Origin: a virus
Reading direction: 5' to 3' (one strand)
IMG/VR virus record: IMGVR_UViG_3300027917_000019
Coordinates: 101,820-165,819 of that record
Length of the DNA: 64,000 nucleotides
Shown here piece by piece: positions 10,059-20,923 of the stretch; the first letter of the stretch is position 1, and each line of letters begins with the position of its first letter. The notes below the pieces were generated by a model. The model was not told the DNA's origin and did no database searches. It saw nothing but the letters and a program-made list of their open reading frames with translations. Made by a program: the position numbers and the translations under genes.

Positions 10059-12246
10059 AGTCAAAGAATATGATGTAGTCAATCAAGTTCCTATGACTCG
10101 TTTTGACGGGGTAGAGCATTGCAAGCTTTACCTAGTTAACACCAAGTCTGAGTGGAGCGCTTTCTTTGAACTTCTTATGAAGCAGAAATTGGTAGCGTGC
10201 GATACAGAAACTAGCGGGTTTCATTACTTCAAGGATGATAGAATTTGCGGTCTTTCCTTTGGTTGGGGGAAGACCCATTTTTACATTCCTGTTAGACATC
10301 TTGAATCTATTACAGGCGGTCCTCCTCCCCCACAGTTGTCCATGGATGACATTCGTGAGGACCTCATAGCCTTCTTTAGTCAAGAAGACGTTTGTACCAT
10401 TTGGCACAACTGGAAGTTTGACGCGCATTTTTACCGCGCTGATGGAATTGAGATCCTAACGAAGATTCACGATACGCGCACCTTGTGGCACTTCTACGAT
10501 GAGAATGCTCCTGGAAAACTAAAGGTAATCGCATCAGGTTGGACAGACGATTTGGGGCGTAGGCACAGAGGAATCGTTCATAAGGCTGCCAACTTGTCTG
10601 AAAAGCAAATTGATAAGTGGCGTTCTGAAGAGGCGAGGGCTAGACGTAAAGCGTTTTCTGCGCTTGTGATGCAGAAGGCAGATGAGCTTCAGAGAGATCC
10701 TAAGTATCAAGGGTTCAATCGTAGAGACTTGAAGAAGTCTATAGCGGTTCCTATGCTGAAGAACCACATCTATTATGACGCACATAAGGATGATGTTCAC
10801 TACGGATATATTCCCGTTCCGTTGATGTGTAGGTATGCTGGTTTGGATACTTTCCTAACATGGTCTATATATGAGTATGTCATGAGCAACATGAACTTTA
10901 CTCGTAGACTTCAAAAGCTGTATAACAACGAGATCAAGCTCGCGCGCGTCCTAATGGAAGCTGAGGAAAAGGGCGTACTAATCGATAAAGACTACCTAGA
11001 AGACTTAGGGCAACAATACGACGCCGATGTGGAGAAGCTTGAGAAAGAACTCTGCAACCAGCTAGGCAACATCAACATAGGGTCTAATTCGCAACTCGCT
11101 GAGGCACTTCTTGCTACAGGAGTACCTCTTACAGCAAAGACAGACTCAGCTAGAGACTGTGTTGCCTGTGCACAAGGTACTTGTGTAGAACACTTCTCTG
11201 TAGACGCTAAAGCTCTCAAAAAGTTTGAGCACAACTACCCAGCGGTTAAGCTAATACTCGAACATAGAACCCTTACAAAGTTGAGGAATACCTACGTAAC
11301 CGGCATTCTCAACAAACTTACGGACGACAACATCCTACATTGCTCGTTCAACCAGAACGTGAAGACTGGACGAATGTCGTCCAATGACCCCAACCTACAA
11401 AACATCCCTGGGCGTGATACAAGCATACGTAGAGCATTCGTTTGTCCTGGTGATGATTGGGTTTTTGTATTCTTAGACTATTCACAGGTAGAAGTTAGAC
11501 TAACCGCGCATTATTCACAGGACCCCCTGCTACTAGACGCATATGCAAGAGGTCAGGACGTACACACACGCACTTTCTGTGAGATGTTTGGGCATGAGTA
11601 CTCAGAAGTTGTTGCGGTATTAGCTAACGAGACACACCCCAAATATAAGGAATACTCCGCACTTCGAACCATTGCTAAGCGCATCAACTTCGGAATCATC
11701 TATGGTGTAGGTGCTCCCGGTCTTAGTGAACAGATCCCTCGACCCAAGCAGCACGAACATCTTAGCAACCGAGAGTGGGTCAAAGTTTGTCAAGATTTCA
11801 TCGACCAGTATTTGGACAAGTATCTAGGAGTAAGGCGTTTTGTAAATGAAGGCAAGCGTACCGTTAGGCGTTACCAACAGATGGAGAATTCCTTCGGTCG
11901 CATTCGTCATCTACCACACGCGAAGGCATGTAGAATCCTCCAAGATAAGAGCAAGTTCTGGCTAGAAGCACGCGCAGGAAGACAAGGTGTCAACTTCTTG
12001 ATTCAAGGTGATGCTGCAGACGTGTTTAAGACAGCAACCGTCAGGGTGGCTGAACTTCTTCGTGGAAAGAAGTCTCATATCGTGAACTTTGTACACGACG
12101 AAATTCAGATATACATGCACAAATCTGAGATTCCCTTGCTCAAAGAAATCAAACGACAGATGGAGGATTTCCCCCAGTTTACCGTACCTCTACTAGTCGA
12201 TATACAGTTCAGCACAACAAACTGGGCTTCAAAGGAAAATATCTAA
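10048..12246 (+). CDS. polA: Family A DNA polymerase with 3'-5' exonuclease
   Basis: DTETSG, HNWKFD, YAGLD; TGRMSS..PNLQNIP, DYSQVEVR, RTIAKRINFGIIYG, VHDEI. Confidence 0.96.
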   Translation: MLSEVKEYDVVNQVPMTRFDGVEHCKLYLVNTKSEWSAFFELLMKQKLVACDTETSGFHYFKDDRICGLSFGWGKTHFYIPVRHLESITGGPPPPQLSMDDIREDLIAFFSQEDVCTIWHNWKFDAHFYRADGIEILTKIHDTRTLWHFYDENAPGKLKVIASGWTDDLGRRHRGIVHKAANLSEKQIDKWRSEEARARRKAFSALVMQKADELQRDPKYQGFNRRDLKKSIAVPMLKNHIYYDAHKDDVHYGYIPVPLMCRYAGLDTFLTWSIYEYVMSNMNFTRRLQKLYNNEIKLARVLMEAEEKGVLIDKDYLEDLGQQYDADVEKLEKELCNQLGNINIGSNSQLAEALLATGVPLTAKTDSARDCVACAQGTCVEHFSVDAKALKKFEHNYPAVKLILEHRTLTKLRNTYVTGILNKLTDDNILHCSFNQNVKTGRMSSNDPNLQNIPGRDTSIRRAFVCPGDDWVFVFLDYSQVEVRLTAHYSQDPLLLDAYARGQDVHTRTFCEMFGHEYSEVVAVLANETHPKYKEYSALRTIAKRINFGIIYGVGAPGLSEQIPRPKQHEHLSNREWVKVCQDFIDQYLDKYLGVRRFVNEGKRTVRRYQQMENSFGRIRHLPHAKACRILQDKSKFWLEARAGRQGVNFLIQGDAADVFKTATVRVAELLRGKKSHIVNFVHDEIQIYMHKSEIPLLKEIKRQMEDFPQFTVPLLVDIQFSTTNWASKENI

Positions 12247-12956
12247 TGGATGAGACCCTAACCTCTATTACTATCATTTTGGATCGTTCCGGCTCCATGA
12301 GTCCTCTTCGAAACGACGTCATCGAAGGTGTGAATGCCTTCATTCGAGACCAGCAAAAGACAGAAGGCAAGGCTACCGTCAGCTTGGTGCAGTTTGATGA
12401 TCGCTACGAAGAGAACTACATGAATCTTCCTCTTGAGAAGGCTGAGTTCCTTTCTGAGGAAACTTACGAACCTCGCGGGCTTACTGCACTCTTGGACGCT
12501 GTAGGGCGTTGTGTCAAGAATGCTAAGCAGCGTGTAAAAGAGATGCCCAAGGCTAAACGACCTGCAAAGAACATTGTCTTGATATTCACAGACGGTGCTG
12601 AAAATGCTTCCCAAGAGTGGACTAAGGAAAAGGTGGCAGCACTGGTAAAGAAGCAAGAAGACAAGCACAACTGGAAGTTTGTATTCTTGGGGGCTAATAT
12701 CGATTCCTTTGGCACCGCCTCTTCATACGGAATCTCTGCTGGATCTACATCCAATTTCAACGCAAGCTCCAAGGGCATCAGGTCTGCTCTTTACGGCGCA
12801 AGTAATGCTGTAACATACGCACGTAATCAAAGCACAGAAGAGTATACTGAAACAGCAACTCTTCTTAGGAGTGCGGGTGTGGATGAGAACATTGACGACA
12901 ACTCTGTTACTGGAACAGAATTCGACGTAACAACTAACACAGAGGAAAACAAGTGA
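12246..12956 (+). CDS. Stand-alone VWA domain protein
   Basis: ILDRSGSM, TALLDA, FTDGAENAS, FLGAN. Confidence 0.88.
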   Translation: MDETLTSITIILDRSGSMSPLRNDVIEGVNAFIRDQQKTEGKATVSLVQFDDRYEENYMNLPLEKAEFLSEETYEPRGLTALLDAVGRCVKNAKQRVKEMPKAKRPAKNIVLIFTDGAENASQEWTKEKVAALVKKQEDKHNWKFVFLGANIDSFGTASSYGISAGSTSNFNASSKGIRSALYGASNAVTYARNQSTEEYTETATLLRSAGVDENIDDNSVTGTEFDVTTNTEENK

Positions 12957-13207
12957 AAGAACTACTTAGGCCGACATATCGACGTGTTACAGGGATACAC
13001 GTCGATGCTCAACCTGCTGGGAATCCTGTTCATGTAAATGATTGTACTGTAACGGTAGCACAACACTGGACAGATGCGTCAATTACAGACCTCACAGTAT
13101 TCCTGCTCAAGTTTGTAGTAGCTGCCGTTCCGGCAGTGGCTCTTACCTTCCTAATCTACATGCTAACCTTTCTAGCTGTTGCAACAGCTTCAGGACTGCT
13201 GCGATGA
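12953..13207 (+). CDS. Small membrane protein
   Basis: Hydrophobic C-terminal half; overlapping start/stop. Confidence 0.55.
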   Translation: MKELLRPTYRRVTGIHVDAQPAGNPVHVNDCTVTVAQHWTDASITDLTVFLLKFVVAAVPAVALTFLIYMLTFLAVATASGLLR

Positions 13208-13692
13208 GTGATGAAATACTAGATCAGGAATATGATGTCGATGGTGTAGCTCATCGCTCAGAGTTGGCGAAAGATCTTGACATTGATCGCTTGAATTTGA
13301 GTGAGGAGTTCGAAAAGCACAGTAAGCGCTATGCTTGGTATGCAACTGCTTACGAACTATGCCTTGACAAAGAACGTCGCCTCAAGGCAGAGCTAGGCAG
13401 GGCGTACGCCCATTTGGATGCTCAAGCGCGTGCCAACATGACGAGTAATGGCATTCGTATCAGCGAAAAGAAGGTAGAAAACATGGTAATTACTGCCTCT
13501 GATTATGTGGCGCTCCAAGAGGAATATCATGAAGCGCAGCGCATGACAGGCTTGCTAAAAGCTGCTCGCGATGCTATGATCAGCAAGAAAGATTGCCTGG
13601 TATCACTAGGCGCCAATATTCGTGCGGAACTTGCTAGTGACCCTAGCCTCCTTCAAGAGATGTACCGCACAAAACACGGAAACCAGAAGTAA
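13204..13692 (+). CDS. uvsY: UvsY-like recombination mediator
   Basis: DLDIDRLNLSEEF..YAWY helical pattern; adjacent to SSB and RecA. Confidence 0.65.
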   Translation: MSDEILDQEYDVDGVAHRSELAKDLDIDRLNLSEEFEKHSKRYAWYATAYELCLDKERRLKAELGRAYAHLDAQARANMTSNGIRISEKKVENMVITASDYVALQEEYHEAQRMTGLLKAARDAMISKKDCLVSLGANIRAELASDPSLLQEMYRTKHGNQK

Positions 13693-13722
13693 CTATTACA
13701 ACCCGTACAATGGAGAAAAACC

Positions 13723-14595
13723 ATGGGACTAGATTGGGATAAACTAAATCAGCAAAAGCAACGTCTTGATACAAAGCTCTCTAAGGGTGGAGGTGGAACA
13801 CGCGCCAGATTCTGGAGACCCCAGGATGGCGAAAACCGCATCCGCATCATGCCCAGTTGGACTGGAGAAGGCGACTTCTCTGGACAGTTTTGGCGCGAAA
13901 TCGGACAGCATTGGAATGTGTCCGAGGAACAGCGCGGTCCTGTTCTTTGTCCAAAGAACACGCCGTACCTTACAGGGCCTTGTCCTATCTGCCAATTCGT
14001 TGACGAACTAAAGAAGTTGAAGAGTGATACGCACGCTCAGGAAGTAGCAAAGGATTTGCGTTCTAAGACGGCGTTCCTTCTCAATATCGTTGACGTCAAC
14101 GATCTTACGTACACAGCGGCAGACGTAGCCGAGTTTAAGAAGGCTCGTCCTGAAGCTGATGTACCGTTCGAGGTTGGTCACGTAAAGGTACAGGTTTATG
14201 CTTGTCCCTCTACAGTGTTCAATCAGATCTTGTCCACCATCCAGGTAAACGGAACAGACGTTACTGACCCCCAGGCGGGCCATGACGTCACCATCCGCAA
14301 GTCTGGTAAGGGACTGAAGACTCGCTACGAAACGACTATCGTGCTTAAGAGCACAGTAGCCCCGCCCGTAGAGACTCTTCCTGATCTTAGCAGCGTCGGG
14401 TATTCTATGAGCGTGGAAGATCTCACTGATCTTCTTGCAGGTGGTGCGGGCGTGGAGTTCATGTCCACGTTTAAAAACGCCCTGCCTACTGCTACATCAC
14501 TTGTAGGCGCTCCTAGGGACGACGAAGGGGAAGACGATGGGAGTGACGAAGATGCCGCCGCTCTCAGGGAAAAGATGCTAGCTGCTGTTAGCTGA
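13723..14595 (+). CDS. gp32-like single-stranded DNA-binding protein
   Basis: FWRP..RIRIMP, H..C..CPIC Zn site, GHDVTIRKSG..TRY, acidic tail. Confidence 0.8.
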   Translation: MGLDWDKLNQQKQRLDTKLSKGGGGTRARFWRPQDGENRIRIMPSWTGEGDFSGQFWREIGQHWNVSEEQRGPVLCPKNTPYLTGPCPICQFVDELKKLKSDTHAQEVAKDLRSKTAFLLNIVDVNDLTYTAADVAEFKKARPEADVPFEVGHVKVQVYACPSTVFNQILSTIQVNGTDVTDPQAGHDVTIRKSGKGLKTRYETTIVLKSTVAPPVETLPDLSSVGYSMSVEDLTDLLAGGAGVEFMSTFKNALPTATSLVGAPRDDEGEDDGSDEDAAALREKMLAAVS

Positions 14596-14602
14596 TTTGT
14601 TG

Positions 14603-14651
14603 TGGGTAGGTCTAGGGCGTTGAGTTTAGCGCCCTAGATCTACCCATTTTT
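14603..14651 (+). terminator. Intrinsic terminator after SSB
   Basis: TGGGTAGGTCTAGGGCG / CGCCCTAGATCTACCCA stem followed by TTTTT. Confidence 0.8.
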
Positions 14652-14664
14652 CTTGGAGACAACT

Positions 14665-15675
14665 ATGAACAAAGAAGCAGCAAGACAGGCAGCGATTGCC
14701 GCAATTGAAAAAGCGTTTGGTAAGAATACAATCACAGCCGCTAGTGACTATGCTGCTCCTGATGTAGAAGTTATTCCCAGTGGTTCATTGGGAATTGATT
14801 TCCTATCGGGAATTGGCGGGTACGCTAGAGGGCGTATCATTGAGATTTACGGCCCCAATGCCAGCGGTAAGACAACACTCACACTACACGCTATCGCAGA
14901 AGCCCAAAAGAGGGGCGGTAAGTGTGCGTTTGTAGATGCAGAACATACATTTCATCACGATTACGCACAAGCCATCGGTGTAAACTTAGAAACCCTAGAC
15001 CTACACAATCCCGATTCTGGTGAAGAGGCTTTGGAAGTGGTGGATATTCTAACGAAGTCCACTGCTTACGATCTGATCGTAATCGATTCAGTGTCTGCCC
15101 TCGTACCTAAAAAAGAGATAGAAGGCGAGATGGGCGACAGTCATGTGGGGCTTCAAGCACGCCTCATGGGACAGGCTTGTCGTAAGCTTGCCGGGTCTGT
15201 TAGTAAGACAGGAACTACTGTCATCTTTTTGAACCAACTTCGTACAAAGATTGGAGTCATGTTTGGCTCTCCTGAAACTACAAGCGGTGGAAACTCTTTG
15301 GCCTTCTATGCTTCCCTTAGACTAGACGTTCGTCGCATCGGTAGCATTAAGTCTGGAGATACTGTCATCGGTGGGCGTACTCGTGTTAAGGTCGTAAAGA
15401 ACAAGTTGGCGGGTACTTCATACGCTACGTGTGAGTTTGACATGTACTCCAACAATGAATATGGCGCTGGAATTTCCTATCACGGAGAGGTTTTCGAGGC
15501 TGCTGTAAAGCTAGGAATCATTGACAAAGCAGCGGCTTGGTACTCTTACAACGAGGAACGTCTAGGACAGGGCAAGGATAATGCAGTGTTGGCCTTGAAG
15601 AAGCATCCTGAAATATTTGCAGTAGTTGATGCCGCTGTTCGAAAGGAGCTTGGTCTTGTCAAAACCGCTGATTGA
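14665..15675 (+). CDS. recA: RecA recombinase
   Basis: [42 protein letters not shown]. Confidence 0.97.
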   Translation: MNKEAARQAAIAAIEKAFGKNTITAASDYAAPDVEVIPSGSLGIDFLSGIGGYARGRIIEIYGPNASGKTTLTLHAIAEAQKRGGKCAFVDAEHTFHHDYAQAIGVNLETLDLHNPDSGEEALEVVDILTKSTAYDLIVIDSVSALVPKKEIEGEMGDSHVGLQARLMGQACRKLAGSVSKTGTTVIFLNQLRTKIGVMFGSPETTSGGNSLAFYASLRLDVRRIGSIKSGDTVIGGRTRVKVVKNKLAGTSYATCEFDMYSNNEYGAGISYHGEVFEAAVKLGIIDKAAAWYSYNEERLGQGKDNAVLALKKHPEIFAVVDAAVRKELGLVKTAD

Positions 15676-16771
15676 ATTGGTCGCTTTTTCGGACCTACAC
15701 GCACACAATTACCGCTATGGCAGTAAGCGTGTGCCTCACCCAAATGCTGGTGGCTTGTTCAATAGTAGGTTGTTGGACTGCGTTTCTGTTCTACGAGATA
15801 TAGAGAAGTACTGTGTTGACCACGTTATCAAACACGTACTTTTCGGAGGGGATTTGTTCCATCGCAGGTCCGTACTGCATACCGATGTCTTTAATGTGAT
15901 ACATCGTGAGTTCGCAAGAATGAATCAACTGCACTTCACAATGCTTCCAGGAAATCATGACTATAGTGATAGAACTGGGCACATTCATTCTCTTGAAGCG
16001 TTTTCTCAACTGCCGCATGTAGATGTTTTGGACAAACACAAGCGCTATCTATTTGATCCTGAAGATCATAGTACCTGTATGGCTATTCTCCCCGTTCCGT
16101 ACACAGATGATCGAGAGGAAGCGAAAAAGCGTTTAGAGCACGCTGGTGAGCTTGCTGAGAACCAAAACGTACCCACACTTCTTTTGGCGCACCTGGGTAT
16201 GCAGGGAGCAACTGTAGGAAGCGACTATGTACTTGTTTCAGATTCAGATATAGGGGTAGCTGATGTCCCGTACGAAAAGTTCACTGCCTGCCTCTTCGGA
16301 CACTACCACCAACACCAACAATTGTTTAGAAACGGTTGGTACATCGGAGCCACCCATCAACACAACTGGGGAGACGCAAACACAAACAGAGGATTCTTAC
16401 ACATCAGAGTCTTCGACGACAGAATTGAGTTTGTTCAAGTCCCTACTAGTGCCCCACGCTTTTTCAACATACAAGAAGTCGACCCTGACGCTGTGGAAGT
16501 TCACCCACGTGATTTCGTTCGCTATCATACGAGAGCAGGGGGAATCAGGGACGTTCGTGAAGTGGAACAAAGATACAATAACCACCACGTGGAAATTATC
16601 GAACACAACGAAACCGAACAAGAAGATCTCAGACTCCCTGAAGGAACTCTTGAACCCCGCGCACTGGTCGAAAGCTGGGTCAGCTCCAAAAACACCGACA
16701 AAGACTCCACAGAAGCCAAAATAGCGTTGGGTAAAGAGCTGCTAGCTGAGGCAGAGGATGAGGTACTATGA
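15626..16771 (+). CDS. sbcD: SbcD/Mre11 nuclease (start uncertain)
   Basis: SDLH, GGDLFH, PGNHD, LAH, GHYH. Confidence 0.9.
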   Translation: MMPLFERSLVLSKPLIELVAFSDLHAHNYRYGSKRVPHPNAGGLFNSRLLDCVSVLRDIEKYCVDHVIKHVLFGGDLFHRRSVLHTDVFNVIHREFARMNQLHFTMLPGNHDYSDRTGHIHSLEAFSQLPHVDVLDKHKRYLFDPEDHSTCMAILPVPYTDDREEAKKRLEHAGELAENQNVPTLLLAHLGMQGATVGSDYVLVSDSDIGVADVPYEKFTACLFGHYHQHQQLFRNGWYIGATHQHNWGDANTNRGFLHIRVFDDRIEFVQVPTSAPRFFNIQEVDPDAVEVHPRDFVRYHTRAGGIRDVREVEQRYNNHHVEIIEHNETEQEDLRLPEGTLEPRALVESWVSSKNTDKDSTEAKIALGKELLAEAEDEVL

Positions 16772-17037
16772 GCAATCAAATAATCATTACAGACTCTCAG
16801 CAAGTGTTTCAGATCGACTGTAATGTTGATCTCGTTGTGCCTGACGACGGGACTGAATACCATTCTGCAGACCTTGTGTGGGCAGGAGCTTTGAACTCTG
16901 TTCGTAAACATGCCGAAGGACTAGTAGTTCCCGGCAAGAAATATTCGGTCAAGGTTATAGCAGTCATCATTGAACTACCTGATGAACTTGAAGATACTAC
17001 AAAGGGGCTAAATGAGGTTTCTAACACTACACGCTGA
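16768..17037 (+). CDS. Hypothetical protein
   Basis: Between sbcD and sbcC with overlapping ends. Confidence 0.55.
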   Translation: MSNQIIITDSQQVFQIDCNVDLVVPDDGTEYHSADLVWAGALNSVRKHAEGLVVPGKKYSVKVIAVIIELPDELEDTTKGLNEVSNTTR

Positions 17038-18937
17038 GAACTTCATGCGTTTGGGGAATGTTTCCCTTCCTTTAGATGGTCAAGGATTGGTTCTCCTTCT
17101 TGGTGAAAACAGGGATGCTTCAAAAGCTTCTAGCAACGGAGCCGGTAAGAGCGCTCTTCTCGATGCCCTCTGTTGGTGTTTGTGGGGGAAGACTATCCGT
17201 GGTAAGAAGGACGACGGTGTTGTTCGTAGAGACGTAGGGCGAGACTGCAAGGTCGTGGTTGAGTGGTTGGACGGAGACTCTCACTACCGCGTGACTAGAT
17301 ATCGTCTACACACCGGTCCTGAAGCTAAGAAGCCGAACGATGTGGTCTTTGAGGTGAATGGAGAGACTGACGACGGCGCAGGGATGGCCAAGACTCAGGA
17401 GCGCATCATAGAGGCTCTAGGGCTGTCATTCAGGACCTTCCAGGCCATGATGCCAGGTGCTGGGGTCAAGGTGGCAGAGTTGACAGACGGGGGCGTCAAA
17501 GAGCTTCTAGAGACCCTCCTACAGATGGACGTCATCTCCAAAGCACAAGACATCACGAAAAAGAAGCTGGCGGCAATCTCTGAAGACCTCTTGAATAAGA
17601 GAAGAAAGGTCCAACAACTTGAGACCAAGGCTGCAGAGTATCGAGAGCTTATTCAAACGTACTCAGAAGCACAGAAGTCCTTTGAAGAGGATAAGCGCAA
17701 AGAGGTCTTAGACGTTCAGGCAAAGATAGGTGATTTGCTAGATCGTAGAGAACAAGTCCTCGTACGAGTAAAAGCAAAGGAAGAAGCCCAGAAGACTTTA
17801 GACAACGTAACCGCCCGTGCTAGCACCCTTCGTGACGAGAAGAGAGCGGCGCTTATAGCAGAAAAGCAACACAATATTATCTTGGCGGAATACAATGCAA
17901 ACTCCAGAGAAACAATTGCTGGGCTTAAGACTGAACTTAGACTTCTCAACGATAAAATCACCAAACTCAAGGGGTTGGGAGACGTGTGTGACCACTGCGG
18001 CCAAACTATCTCTGGAGAATATAAGTCCCAACAGACGGTTAGGAATCAAGCTGTTTATGAAAAGGCGCTTGAAAATTGTACAGATGTAACTGCAAGAATA
18101 AACGAGAGTCGAATAGCTTTAGAGGCTAATTGTAGGGCTGCAGAAACAACTGTAAAGAAGCTCTCAGAAGACATTGCTCTTCTCAACAATCAAGCTATGG
18201 AGTTGAAGGCGACTATAACAGACGGGGAGTATGCACAGCGAGAAGCTGACGACTTGTGGGTACAGATGGGCAGCCTTTCTGAACTTCAGGATGAGATAGT
18301 TGCTCGCACAGCACCTTTCAAGGGGCTTATTGCAAACGCAGTAGATAATGAATACGAAATAACTGCTGAGAGTCTTGAAATCAAGGCCGCCATAAAGGAC
18401 CTGGAAGTAACAGAAGAGAACCTCAAGTTCTGGGTTGAGGGTTTCAGTGCTAGAGGTCTTAGAAGCCTAATGTTACAGCACGTTACGCCGATACTAAATT
18501 CCCGCGTTAAATACTATGCAGACATCTTGACAGACAGTGAAATGACTATCAACTTCTCCACAGAGAGACAACTTCGTAGTGGTAAGACTAAAGAGGAATT
18601 CACCGTTCAAGTGATCCAAAAGGATGGTGATGACTCTTACTGCGGGTCTTCTTCAGGAGAAAGAGCTAAGGCCGATCTTGCCATTGCGTTCGCATTGGGG
18701 GATTTGGCTCAACTCCGCGCGAATAAGAGGATATCTTTCCGTTTCTTGGACGAGCCTTTCGAGTCTATCGATGCCACAGGACATGAGAGTATCGTTAGAC
18801 TTCTCAACGAACAAAGGCTACAATACTCCACCGTTTTCTGCATCACACACAAAGAGTCTTTTCAACAACTGTTTCCCAAAGCCTTTAAGGTGGTAAAGGA
18901 AAACGGTGTTTCAAGATTGGAGCAAGCGCATGAGTAA
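17012..18937 (+). CDS. sbcC: SbcC/Rad50 ATPase
   Basis: NGAGKS, coiled coil with CDHC hook, SSGE signature, FLDEPF, ITH. Confidence 0.93.
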   Translation: MRFLTLHAENFMRLGNVSLPLDGQGLVLLLGENRDASKASSNGAGKSALLDALCWCLWGKTIRGKKDDGVVRRDVGRDCKVVVEWLDGDSHYRVTRYRLHTGPEAKKPNDVVFEVNGETDDGAGMAKTQERIIEALGLSFRTFQAMMPGAGVKVAELTDGGVKELLETLLQMDVISKAQDITKKKLAAISEDLLNKRRKVQQLETKAAEYRELIQTYSEAQKSFEEDKRKEVLDVQAKIGDLLDRREQVLVRVKAKEEAQKTLDNVTARASTLRDEKRAALIAEKQHNIILAEYNANSRETIAGLKTELRLLNDKITKLKGLGDVCDHCGQTISGEYKSQQTVRNQAVYEKALENCTDVTARINESRIALEANCRAAETTVKKLSEDIALLNNQAMELKATITDGEYAQREADDLWVQMGSLSELQDEIVARTAPFKGLIANAVDNEYEITAESLEIKAAIKDLEVTEENLKFWVEGFSARGLRSLMLQHVTPILNSRVKYYADILTDSEMTINFSTERQLRSGKTKEEFTVQVIQKDGDDSYCGSSSGERAKADLAIAFALGDLAQLRANKRISFRFLDEPFESIDATGHESIVRLLNEQRLQYSTVFCITHKESFQQLFPKAFKVVKENGVSRLEQAHE

Positions 18938-19319
18938 TCGCGACCCTATTGTTGCTTCAAGGAATCCAAAAGGTCCTGGAGTAGTAGATATTAGCGGCGG
19001 TGAGTGGAAGTTTGGGTATCACGGCAGCCTTATCAAGAAGGCGCTATATGAGAAGGTTGGAATGCTTGAGGAGGCCACCAAAGACATTCTGAATCAGCTT
19101 GAGAGAGAATTAGGGGCAAACATGAGCGATGTTGCTGCGCTGTTGGTGGCGGTACATTCTCCCACAATGAACACAAAAGCTCGCTATATAAAGGCTTTGT
19201 GTGAGCGTGCTGTAGAGCTAGATACGATGCGATCTCGTCTTGCGAGGGCTGCTAAAGGGTTTAACGACGACATGGTATACGTAATCTCACTTTCCGATAT
19301 GGAAGAGATGGGACTATGA
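18930..19319 (+). CDS. Hypothetical protein
   Basis: ORF with GGAG RBS. Confidence 0.55.
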   Translation: MSNRDPIVASRNPKGPGVVDISGGEWKFGYHGSLIKKALYEKVGMLEEATKDILNQLERELGANMSDVAALLVAVHSPTMNTKARYIKALCERAVELDTMRSRLARAAKGFNDDMVYVISLSDMEEMGL

Positions 19320-20101
19320 AGAAGATTGTGGGGATTTCAGGACAATTGGGTAGTGGCAAAGACAGCGCTGCTGACCGACTAGTTGATGAGTTTGGTTTTG
19401 TGAAGGTAGCCTTGGCTGACCCTCTCAAGCGTTATGCATTTCGCGTGTTTGATTTTACAGAGCAGCAGTTGTGGGGTCCTAGCGAGTTTAGAAACACACC
19501 TGACGGGAGATCACGATTTCATACCTGGTGGGCAGACGTAACCGAGAGAGCGGCAGAGTACAATCCTGTTTTTGTTGAAGAGCTTTTTCCAGAAGAGGGG
19601 GATGTAAAGACGGCTGCCTTAGAAGCTCTAGAAGGGTGGTTGAAGCTACTTGCAACCGAGCACCCACGCCTTAGTCCCAGAGTTATGCTACAGTCGCTAG
19701 GTACAGAGTGGGGCAGAACTGTAAAGTCAGACATTTGGATTAGTCATGCTATCGAGGTTTCAGAATATTTGTTAGAGGGCGGGTTAGTTTACGATCGCTT
19801 AGCAGGACTTTTTACTAGTGAGGCATCTGATCCCCCGTCTGGAGTAGTCATTTCTGATGTACGTTTCCACAATGAATTGGAGCGTATCAAAGAAGCTAAT
19901 GGCTTTCTCATCAGAATAAAGCGTCCCGATACAGACAATCGAGCAGGTGTTACGGGGATCGAGGGACATCCTTCTGAGAAGCAACAGAAATCGTTCGATG
20001 ATGAGCTTTTTAATTACGTCATTGTTAACGACGGAACACTTGACCGCTTCATCGCTGATATTGACACAGCCGGTTTTGTGTTGACAGGTAGGGCTAAGTG
20101 A
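19316..20101 (+). CDS. Deoxynucleoside monophosphate kinase
   Basis: GQLGSGKD, ADPLK, PRVMLQSLGTEWGR, ISDVRFHNE, HPSE. Confidence 0.9.
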   Translation: MKKIVGISGQLGSGKDSAADRLVDEFGFVKVALADPLKRYAFRVFDFTEQQLWGPSEFRNTPDGRSRFHTWWADVTERAAEYNPVFVEELFPEEGDVKTAALEALEGWLKLLATEHPRLSPRVMLQSLGTEWGRTVKSDIWISHAIEVSEYLLEGGLVYDRLAGLFTSEASDPPSGVVISDVRFHNELERIKEANGFLIRIKRPDTDNRAGVTGIEGHPSEKQQKSFDDELFNYVIVNDGTLDRFIADIDTAGFVLTGRAK

Positions 20102-20114
20102 TTAGGTTGTCATC

Positions 20115-20294
20115 ATGACCCGCGCGACAGATGTTTTACTCGTGGTTAACGCACTTACCTTGTGCTTTTTAGGTGGGTTTGCGTTAGGGTTCGATTTGTA
20201 TATACAAGGATTTGGTTGCTTACTTGGTGCCTTGGTTTTTGAGCAAGTGCATCATCACAGGAAGAGGGGAAGGCATGCAGATAACACAGACTAG
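20115..20294 (+). CDS. 59-aa two-TM membrane protein (below ORF track cutoff)
   Basis: MTRATDVLLVVNALTLCFLGGFALG..basic tail; fills the gap. Confidence 0.5.
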   Translation: MTRATDVLLVVNALTLCFLGGFALGFDLYIQGFGCLLGALVFEQVHHHRKRGRHADNTD

Positions 20295-20562
20295 GTTTAG
20301 GGATCTCAGGGGTAATGCACAGAGTCGCATTCTTGGAGAGGTAGATGAAGTTACGCCTACAGCTCGCGTATTTACAGCCAAGGGGAAGAAGCGTACTTTG
20401 GGCACAGCGGTGGCAGAACATCGTGTGGATATTTGGGGTAATCGTTACATCCTGGTCAACATAAATGCCACCACAGAAGCTGTAAACCAACAACTCGTGG
20501 AGACAGTAAGGGAAAACCTTGCTTACCTTCACCGCAGGATTATCTTCTCCTATGGAAACTGA
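20275..20562 (+). CDS. Hypothetical protein
   Basis: ATG with GAGGGG RBS. Confidence 0.5.
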   Translation: MQITQTRFRDLRGNAQSRILGEVDEVTPTARVFTAKGKKRTLGTAVAEHRVDIWGNRYILVNINATTEAVNQQLVETVRENLAYLHRRIIFSYGN

Positions 20563-20923
20563 AAACGACTGGGCAGATGCTCTCGGGGACGAAGAATCTT
20601 CCCCGCCTGAAGAGGAGATTGTTCTTACAGAAGAGCAGAAGTTGATTCTCATTGCACAGGGAATGCTTCTTCAACAGTTTCTAGAATCTGAGAAGTTTAG
20701 GACTTTTGTCAGCATGAACTATGATCTCATGCGTGACGAAGAGACCAAACTCCTATATGTCGTTGAGGTTCCAGACGACGTTGCTGCTCAACGCGCTCTT
20801 GCGGTCATGAAGACGCACGCGGCAGAGGGTCCTCGCGTGATTACACCGTCGGTTGCTGAGGCGCAGAAGGTCTTGAATGACCCAGAGTTCCTCAAGAAAG
20901 CAAAGGGCGCACAAAAGGGATGA
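20552..20923 (+). CDS. Hypothetical protein
   Basis: ORF; overlaps next start. Confidence 0.55.
   Translation: METENDWADALGDEESSPPEEEIVLTEEQKLILIAQGMLLQQFLESEKFRTFVSMNYDLMRDEETKLLYVVEVPDDVAAQRALAVMKTHAAEGPRVITPSVAEAQKVLNDPEFLKKAKGAQKG

Noticed and set aside
16280-16720. A/C-rich local composition shift in sbcD (also near 34600-34900 and 37750-38050)
   Set aside because: Visible by eye, but frames and motifs continue normally and amino-acid composition may explain it; cannot be supported without computation.
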